A stretch of 24,000 bases of DNA from Ignatzschineria indica (GTDB taxonomy: Bacteria; Pseudomonadota; Gammaproteobacteria; Cardiobacteriales; Wohlfahrtiimonadaceae), in assembly GCF_003121925.1 (NCBI RefSeq), contig NZ_QEWR01000008.1, forward strand, positions 28,152-52,151. Direction: 5' to 3'. A program made the translations under genes and the position numbers. The notes under the pieces are model-generated. The model saw nothing but the letters and a program-made list of their open reading frames with translations, was not told the origin of the DNA and made no database searches. Below, one piece after another: positions 18,501-24,000 of this stretch. Numbering within the stretch: position 1 is the stretch's first letter; the number at the start of each line of letters is the position of its first letter.

Positions 18501-19413
18501 ACATAAACGCCGTCAACTTGACGGCATTTTGCTTTTAGATAAACCGAAAGGTTTAACAAGTAACCAAGCATTACAGCGAGTAAAGCGCCTCTATCATGCT
18601 GATAAAGCAGGTCATAGCGGCACGCTCGATCCTATGGCAACAGGAATGCTCCCCATCTGTTTTGGGGAAGCAACAAAATTTGCCGGCATTCTGCTCGATA
18701 ATTATAAACAATACCAATTTACCTGTAAGCTCGGAGAAAAGAGTAGTACAGGTGATGCAGAAGGTGAGATTATTGAAACCAAGCCGATTCCCACAACACT
18801 AACAGAAGAGGCTTTAAACGTGGCTTTGTCACAATTTTTAGGAGAGATATCGCAAATTCCTCCTATGGTTTCAGCACTCCACCACCAAGGAAAGCGGCTC
18901 TATGAGCTTGCACGGGAGGGGATTGAAGTTGAAAGAAAACCTCGACAAATCACCATCTCAAAATTAACCCTCGATCAATTAACCCCTTTGAGCTTCACCG
19001 CAACTGTGACCTGTTCAAAGGGAACTTATGTTCGTGTCTTAGCGGAAGATATAGCTGGAAAGTTAGGGACTCTTGGTCATTTAACGATGCTTCGACGCAT
19101 CACAATAGAGCCTTACGGGATAGAGAAATTAATCACACTAGATGAACTCGAAGCCCTTGCTGAAAGAGAGAATCCCTATACAGCATTAGATGCGCTACTC
19201 CTCCCAATGGATAGTGCCGTAACGGATCTTCCCCTCTTAACCTTTACACAAGAAGAGGCTAGACGCATTCTTCATGGACAAAGGATACGAATTGAGGGTA
19301 AACTCGATCATAACTTATATCGCCTTTATAGTGACGATAACCAATTTTTAGGGATTGGTGCGCCCAATACCCCAACATCGATTGGGCCAAAGCGCATCAT
19401 CTCGCAGAGTTAA
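18484..19413 (+). CDS. truB: tRNA pseudouridine(55) synthase
   Basis: DGILLLDKPKGLTSNQAL...AGHSGTLDPMATGMLPICFG catalytic Asp motif; overlaps rbfA by 17 nt. Confidence 0.96.
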   Translation: MTQKIKHKRRQLDGILLLDKPKGLTSNQALQRVKRLYHADKAGHSGTLDPMATGMLPICFGEATKFAGILLDNYKQYQFTCKLGEKSSTGDAEGEIIETKPIPTTLTEEALNVALSQFLGEISQIPPMVSALHHQGKRLYELAREGIEVERKPRQITISKLTLDQLTPLSFTATVTCSKGTYVRVLAEDIAGKLGTLGHLTMLRRITIEPYGIEKLITLDELEALAERENPYTALDALLLPMDSAVTDLPLLTFTQEEARRILHGQRIRIEGKLDHNLYRLYSDDNQFLGIGAPNTPTSIGPKRIISQS

Positions 19414-19464
19414 TTTTCTATTGAGATTCAATTTTGTTTAATTTTTATTTATTTTGGAGGTTTT

Positions 19465-20718
19465 ATGAGTTATCAACATATCAAAGTCCCTGAGGGAGAA
19501 AAAATCACCCTTAACAAAGATTTTTCGCTCAATGTTCCTAATCAACCTATTATCCCTTTTATTGAAGGTGATGAGGTCGGTGCAGAAATCACACCTGTGA
19601 TGCAGAAAGTGATCGATGCCGCTGTTGAGAAAGCTTACAATGGTGCGCGTAAAATCTCTTGGATGGAACTCTATGCCGGCGAAAAGTCCACTAAAGTTTA
19701 TGGCAAAGATGAGTGGTTACCGCAAGAGACTTTAGATGCACTTAAAGAGTTTATTGTCTCTATTAAAGGTCCATTAACCACACCTGTTGGTGGCGGTATT
19801 CGCTCACTTAACGTGACAATGCGTCAAACGCTTGATCTCTATCTCTGTATGCGTCCGGTACAATACTTCAATGGTGTTCCTTCACCTGTTAAAGAGCCTG
19901 AAAAGGTCGATATGGTAATCTTCCGTGAAAACTCAGAAGATATCTATGCAGGTATTGAGTGGGAAGCCGGTTCTCCTGAAGCTAAAAAAGTGATCGACTT
20001 TTTACAAAATGAGATGCATGTTAATAAGATCCGTTTCCCAGAAACTTCTGGTATTGGTATCAAACCGGTATCTGAAGAGGGAACTAAACGTCTTGTTCGT
20101 AAAGCGATCCAATATGCTATCGATAATGATAAACCGAATGTTACCTTAGTTCATAAAGGCAATATCATGAAGTTTACCGAAGGTGGATTCCGTGATTGGG
20201 GTTATGAACTTGCTCGTGAAGAATTTGGCGCAACTTTAATTGGCAATGGTCCATGGTGTGAATTTAAAAATCCAAAAACTGGGAATATGATCACTATCAA
20301 GGATAGTATTGCTGACGCATTCTTACAAAGAATCCTTTTCGAACCTGAAAAATATAGCGTTGTAGCCACATTAAACCTCAATGGTGACTATATTTCAGAT
20401 GCCCTAGCGGCACAGGTAGGGGGAATTGGTATTGCGCCAGGAGCAAACCTTTCTGACTCAATTGCAATCTTTGAGGCAACACATGGAACAGCACCTGACA
20501 TTGCCGGCAAAAATATTGTCAACCCAGGATCACTCATTCTATCTGCAGAGATGATGTTACGTCACTTAGGTTGGACTGAAGCCGCTGATCTTGTGATTAA
20601 AGCGCTCAATGGTGCTATCTCATCGAAAAAGGTGACTGCTGACTTTGCCAATATGATGAAAGATGCAACACAGGTCTCTACGAGCGAGTTTGGCGATATC
20701 ATGATCTCCAATATGTAA
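19465..20718 (+). CDS. icd: Isocitrate dehydrogenase, type I (E. coli Icd-like); cofactor residues suggest NAD+ specificity
   Basis: [26 protein letters not shown] substrate site; [21 protein letters not shown]; 417 aa. Confidence 0.95.
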   Translation: MSYQHIKVPEGEKITLNKDFSLNVPNQPIIPFIEGDEVGAEITPVMQKVIDAAVEKAYNGARKISWMELYAGEKSTKVYGKDEWLPQETLDALKEFIVSIKGPLTTPVGGGIRSLNVTMRQTLDLYLCMRPVQYFNGVPSPVKEPEKVDMVIFRENSEDIYAGIEWEAGSPEAKKVIDFLQNEMHVNKIRFPETSGIGIKPVSEEGTKRLVRKAIQYAIDNDKPNVTLVHKGNIMKFTEGGFRDWGYELAREEFGATLIGNGPWCEFKNPKTGNMITIKDSIADAFLQRILFEPEKYSVVATLNLNGDYISDALAAQVGGIGIAPGANLSDSIAIFEATHGTAPDIAGKNIVNPGSLILSAEMMLRHLGWTEAADLVIKALNGAISSKKVTADFANMMKDATQVSTSEFGDIMISNM

Positions 20719-20737
20719 TATGTGAATATCTCTCAAG

Positions 20738-20785
20738 ATTGAAATTTTAGAATTTCAATTTTATAAGATTATATAAAATCTTATA
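20738..20785 (+). other. Two consecutive perfect 9-bp hairpins in the icd 3' region
   Basis: attgaaatt-ttag-aatttcaat (20738-20759) and tataagatt-atataa-aatcttata (20762-20785). Confidence 0.6.
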
Positions 20786-20794
20786 GAGAACCTA

Positions 20795-20832
20795 AAAAAA
20801 GAGATTAACTATTGAAAGTTAATCTCTTTTTT
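20795..20832 (+). terminator. Rho-independent terminator of icd
   Basis: aaaaaagagattaact-attgaa-agttaatctctttttt, perfect 16-bp stem. Confidence 0.85.
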
Positions 20833-20967
20833 GTTTCTATCTCTGTTCTATTTCTCGATCTAGAATCTTTATGATCTATCAACACTAATACTACCGCTCT
20901 ACCCTTCTTATTCGACACCATAAAGCTTGTAGCAAGCTCTTACTTCTTATAGCGGTACTTATAAACA

Positions 20968-21019
20968 GTAGTTATTAGCAATAGTTATTAGCAATAGTTA
21001 TTAGCAATGGCTATTATCA
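20968..21019. repeat. 13-bp tandem repeat ATAGTTATTAGCA, 4 units
   Basis: gtagttattagca atagttattagca atagttattagca atggctattatca between the icd and csp terminators. Confidence 0.85.
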
Positions 21020-21083
21020 ATAGAGAAAATAGCTCCCTGAATCAAAAATGATTAAGAGAAATAAAAGCAGTAGAAAAATGAAA

Positions 21084-21114
21084 AAGCCTCTAAGTAGCTT
21101 AGAGGCTTTTTTTG
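21084..21114 (-). terminator. Terminator of the cold-shock gene
   Basis: aaagcctctaag-ta-gcttagaggctttt type stem with A-run to its left, downstream of the minus-strand csp stop. Confidence 0.75.
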
Positions 21115-21213
21115 TGTCCGGTTTTTGTGTGTTCTAGAGGTTACTAATTAATGCAATGCTAACTAACAATTCAATGGAACAACTAAACGCCGACTCTCAT
21201 TACTTAAATAGAA

Positions 21214-21417
21214 TTAAGCAGGTTTACAAACTGTTGTTTGAAGACCACGATCACTCTCTTTTGCTTCAAATTCAACTTTTTGACCTTCCGCTAAAGTACG
21301 AAAGCCATCCCCTTGGATTGTAGAGAAGTGTACAAATACATCTGCACCACCATCATCAGGAGTGATAAAACCGAATCCCTTGGATTCATTGAACCATTTA
21401 ACAGTTCCAATACGCAT
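21214..21417 (-). CDS. CspA-family cold-shock protein
   Basis: [67 protein letters not shown]; RNP1/RNP2 motifs. Confidence 0.95.
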   Translation of the reverse strand: MRIGTVKWFNESKGFGFITPDDGGADVFVHFSTIQGDGFRTLAEGQKVEFEAKESDRGLQTTVCKPA

Positions 21418-21507
21418 AAAAAACCTCAAAAATAAAACTTATATGATCAACGACCATATTTAAAAATAGAATACTGTCTCAAGTTTTTATCTTGTAGACA
21501 GGTTCTA

Positions 21508-21536
21508 ACATTAAGCGTAAATTCCTCTAAATGCAA
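21508..21536 (-). promoter_or_regulatory. Candidate promoter of the cold-shock gene
   Basis: Minus strand TTGCAT (21536-21531), 17 nt, TAATGT (21513-21508), giving a leader of about 85 nt. Confidence 0.45.
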
Positions 21537-21579
21537 GATATATATTTTAATTATTTTTAAAACAGGTTAAAAAAACAGT

Positions 21580-22095
21580 ATGAATATCGTCTATCTCTCG
21601 TTAGGATCTAATCTTAATGATCCCCTTTTACAGGTTAAAACAGCGATTAAAGAGATCCCAAATAGTGCAGAAATTACTCTACTGGCGATCTCCTCCCTCT
21701 ATGAAACCCCTCCCATTGGTCCAAAACAGCCCAATTTTATTAATGCCGTGGTTAAGATAGGCACATCCCTCTCTCCACTTCAGTTACTTGAAGCAATGCA
21801 GGAAATTGAGAAGAAACATCAAAGAGAGCGAACAATACATTGGGGGCCGAGAACTCTCGATATCGATCTTCTGCTCTACAATGATCAAAAAATCGATATC
21901 GAGCGTTTAACCATTCCCCACCCCTTTATGCATGAACGCGCCTTTGTGCTACTGCCACTACTAGAAATTGAGCCTACGCTAGAAACGCCACTGCATGGCA
22001 CATTGTCGAAATATCTTGAAACATTAGCGGATCGCTTCGATATCGTAAAAGTGGAAGATCCACCGCTAATTCCCAAAGTTACGCCCCATGCTTAA
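21580..22095 (+). CDS. folK: 2-amino-4-hydroxy-6-hydroxymethyldihydropteridine pyrophosphokinase
   Basis: YLSLGSNLNDP...ETPPIGPKQPNFINAVVKI...WGPRTLDIDLLLY. Confidence 0.95.
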   Translation: MNIVYLSLGSNLNDPLLQVKTAIKEIPNSAEITLLAISSLYETPPIGPKQPNFINAVVKIGTSLSPLQLLEAMQEIEKKHQRERTIHWGPRTLDIDLLLYNDQKIDIERLTIPHPFMHERAFVLLPLLEIEPTLETPLHGTLSKYLETLADRFDIVKVEDPPLIPKVTPHA

Positions 22096-22185
22096 GTCAT
22101 TCATTATTTGCCAATTCAGATTGCCATTATAAATCTCTTTCCATTTTTTAATTCCCTATCACAATCTAATTTAGGAGATATTCTT

Positions 22186-22788
22186 GTGAAAAATTTTCAG
22201 AAAATCTTAATCGCCTCCAATAATCAAGGAAAAATTAAGGAGTTTAAAGCACTTTTCGAACCCCTTAATATCGAGATCCTCTCCTTAAGAGATCTCAATA
22301 TTGAATCCCATCCTGAAGAGAATGGCTTAACCTTTATTGAAAATGCGCTCATCAAAGCACGAGATGCTGCAAAAAAGAGCGGTCTTCCCACATTAGCAGA
22401 TGATTCTGGTCTTGTTGTCCCTGCACTCAAGGGGGAGCCTGGGATCTACTCTGCTCGCTATAGTGATTCTGGCAATGATCATGACAATAATCTTAAATTA
22501 CTAGAGAAGATGAGTCATCTGTCAGGAGCTGATCGTGCTGCCTACTTCAAAGCTGTCCTTGTTCTTCTTCGCAATGCAGAAGATCCTGTTCCACTCATCG
22601 CGGAAGGGGAAGTTCATGGTTTTATTACCGAAAATATTGAAGGTAATGAAGGTTTTGGCTATGACCCCCTCTTCTTCTATCCCGAAAAACAATCGACCTT
22701 TGGTCTTCTTCCACCCGCTCTAAAAAATCAAATTTCCCACCGAAATAATGCGCTTCAACAGCTTCTTAAAAAAATCTCATCAATATAA
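22186..22788 (+). CDS. rdgB: XTP/dITP diphosphatase (RdgB/HAM1 family)
   Basis: ILIASNNQGKIKEF...GLPTLADDSGLVVPALKGEPGIYSARY...GFGYDPLFFYPE. The ORF track opens at 22108, but GTG 22186 has an aggag ribosome-binding site and matches the family start. Confidence 0.93.
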   Translation: MKNFQKILIASNNQGKIKEFKALFEPLNIEILSLRDLNIESHPEENGLTFIENALIKARDAAKKSGLPTLADDSGLVVPALKGEPGIYSARYSDSGNDHDNNLKLLEKMSHLSGADRAAYFKAVLVLLRNAEDPVPLIAEGEVHGFITENIEGNEGFGYDPLFFYPEKQSTFGLLPPALKNQISHRNNALQQLLKKISSI

Positions 22789-22804
22789 TCAATATCTTAA
22801 ACAG

Positions 22805-22988
22805 TTATCCACATAACCTGAGGACAACCCTTAGTATAAAGTTATCCACAAAAATGTGGATAACTCGTGGATAACTTTTCATTTTTTTATCGACAAAGTG
22901 ATCCAGATATTTATACAACCACTTTTCAACAGCTAAAATTAGGCTTAAGATGAGTTATTCACTGCTTTTTATCAAAAACTGTGGATAA
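22805..22988. other. DnaA-box cluster (candidate oriC, DnaA-titration site or DnaA-regulated region)
   Basis: Perfect TTATCCACA at 22805-22813 (+), 22842-22850 (+), 22855-22863 (-), 22980-22988 (-); near matches at 22866-22874 (-, TTATCCACG) and 22955-22963 (+, TTATTCACT). Confidence 0.75.
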
Positions 22989-23214
22989 CTATGGCTGCTC
23001 ATCATCATCAATCTTTATAAAAGAGATGATAATAATAAAAGGATACCAATAATTTATTATTTCGAGGACAGCTTGGGTTCAGATTTCTTTAACTACTAAA
23101 AAATCTGAGAGATTATTCTGAAAAACATCAAAATTGTTATAAGAATAGTGATCTGTAATTAATCAACTCACGCAAAAGCGCTAGTTGAATTGCATTTTCT
23201 AGAGATTAATTTGT

Positions 23215-24000
23215 ATGTCTAAAAGAACTTTATTTATAGGATTTATGTTATTTGCGCTTTTTTTCGGCGCGGGTAACTTAATATTTCCCCCGACAGTCGG
23301 GCAATTAAGTGGTACTAACTTTCTTCCAGCTATTCTCGGTTTTATTGTGACTGGAGTCGGCTTACCACTAGTCGGCATTATTGCCGGATCATTTTCGAAT
23401 GAAGGATTTCGCTCTGAGGCTAGACGCATAAGCCCACTCTTTGCATTGGTCTTTATGGTAGTGATCTATCTCACCATTGGTCCTTTCTTCGCAATCCCAA
23501 GAACAGCAATGGTCTCTTACGAAATGGCGGTCCTTCCCTTCTTAGAAGGTGGAATTGAGACCTTTTCATCAAAAGTTATCTTTTCAGTAATCTATTTTGG
23601 TTTAACCTTCTATCTCGCACTTAATCCAACAAAACTAGTCGATCGTGTTGGACAAATTTTAACGCCACTCCTTTTAATCACGATTGTGCTTTTGATTATC
23701 AAATCATTTTTTGATCTCAATACACCAATCACAGAGGTATCTGAGCAATTTCAGAAAGCACCTTTCTTTGTAGGATTTTCTGAAGGCTATCAAACAATGG
23801 ATACTATAGCGGCTGTGGCGTTTTCAATCATTGTTCTCAATGCGGTCAAAGCAACGGGCTTAACGGAACAGAAATCGATCTTTAAGCAAGCCTCTATTGC
23901 GGCTATTATTGCCGGAGTAGGTTTAGGTTTAGTCTATATTTCACTCGCATGGATGGGGAATAACTATCCTTTAACAGAAGCGGAAGCAGCCGGTGGAAAT
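23215..24000 (+). CDS. brnQ: Branched-chain amino acid transporter, LIVCS/BrnQ family (truncated at window end)
   Basis: Translates in frame to the window edge: MSKRTLFIGFMLFALFFGAGNLIFPPTVGQLSGTNFLPAILGFIVTGVGLPLVGIIA... Confidence 0.9.
   Translation, partial: MSKRTLFIGFMLFALFFGAGNLIFPPTVGQLSGTNFLPAILGFIVTGVGLPLVGIIAGSFSNEGFRSEARRISPLFALVFMVVIYLTIGPFFAIPRTAMVSYEMAVLPFLEGGIETFSSKVIFSVIYFGLTFYLALNPTKLVDRVGQILTPLLLITIVLLIIKSFFDLNTPITEVSEQFQKAPFFVGFSEGYQTMDTIAAVAFSIIVLNAVKATGLTEQKSIFKQASIAAIIAGVGLGLVYISLAWMGNNYPLTEAEAAGGN

Noticed and set aside
22805-22988. Treating the DnaA-box cluster as an established oriC
   Set aside because: No dnaA nearby and the left-hand operons run head-on toward it; reported only as a hypothesis needing skew or marker-frequency data.
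23199-23429. 76-aa minus-strand ORF at the start of brnQ
   Set aside because: Antisense shadow of the conserved BrnQ N-terminus (FGAGNLIFPP).

Overview
Chromosomal housekeeping window from a low-GC gammaproteobacterium (gene content and synteny could fit Cardiobacteriales such as Ignatzschineria or Wohlfahrtiimonas; this is inference only). Left part, mostly minus strand: two cyclophilin-type PPIases flanking an NlpE-like lipoprotein, an EfpL/YeiP-type EF-P paralog, the prmA-dusB-fis cluster, sdhE (+), two identical tRNA-Thr(TGT), tmcA, and two identical tRNA-Lys(TTT). Middle: an aromatic amino acid permease, fnr and an SMR transporter pair. Right part, plus strand: tRNA-fMet(CAT)-rimP-nusA-infB-rbfA-truB, icd, a cold-shock gene (minus), folK, rdgB and a truncated brnQ. 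I see no CRISPR array, transposon, prophage or multi-gene novel defence system. The best second-look items are: (1) a cluster of DnaA boxes between rdgB and brnQ; (2) an Icd whose cofactor-site residues predict NAD+ rather than NADP+ use; (3) an SMR pair in which one subunit has Ser at the essential Glu position; (4) a perfect FNR box far upstream of fnr; (5) three consecutive perfect hairpins after icd; (6) short 7-13 bp tandem duplications in many intergenic regions; (7) a perfect 16-bp palindrome abutting a tRNA-Lys promoter; (8) a terminator-like hairpin between divergent genes.
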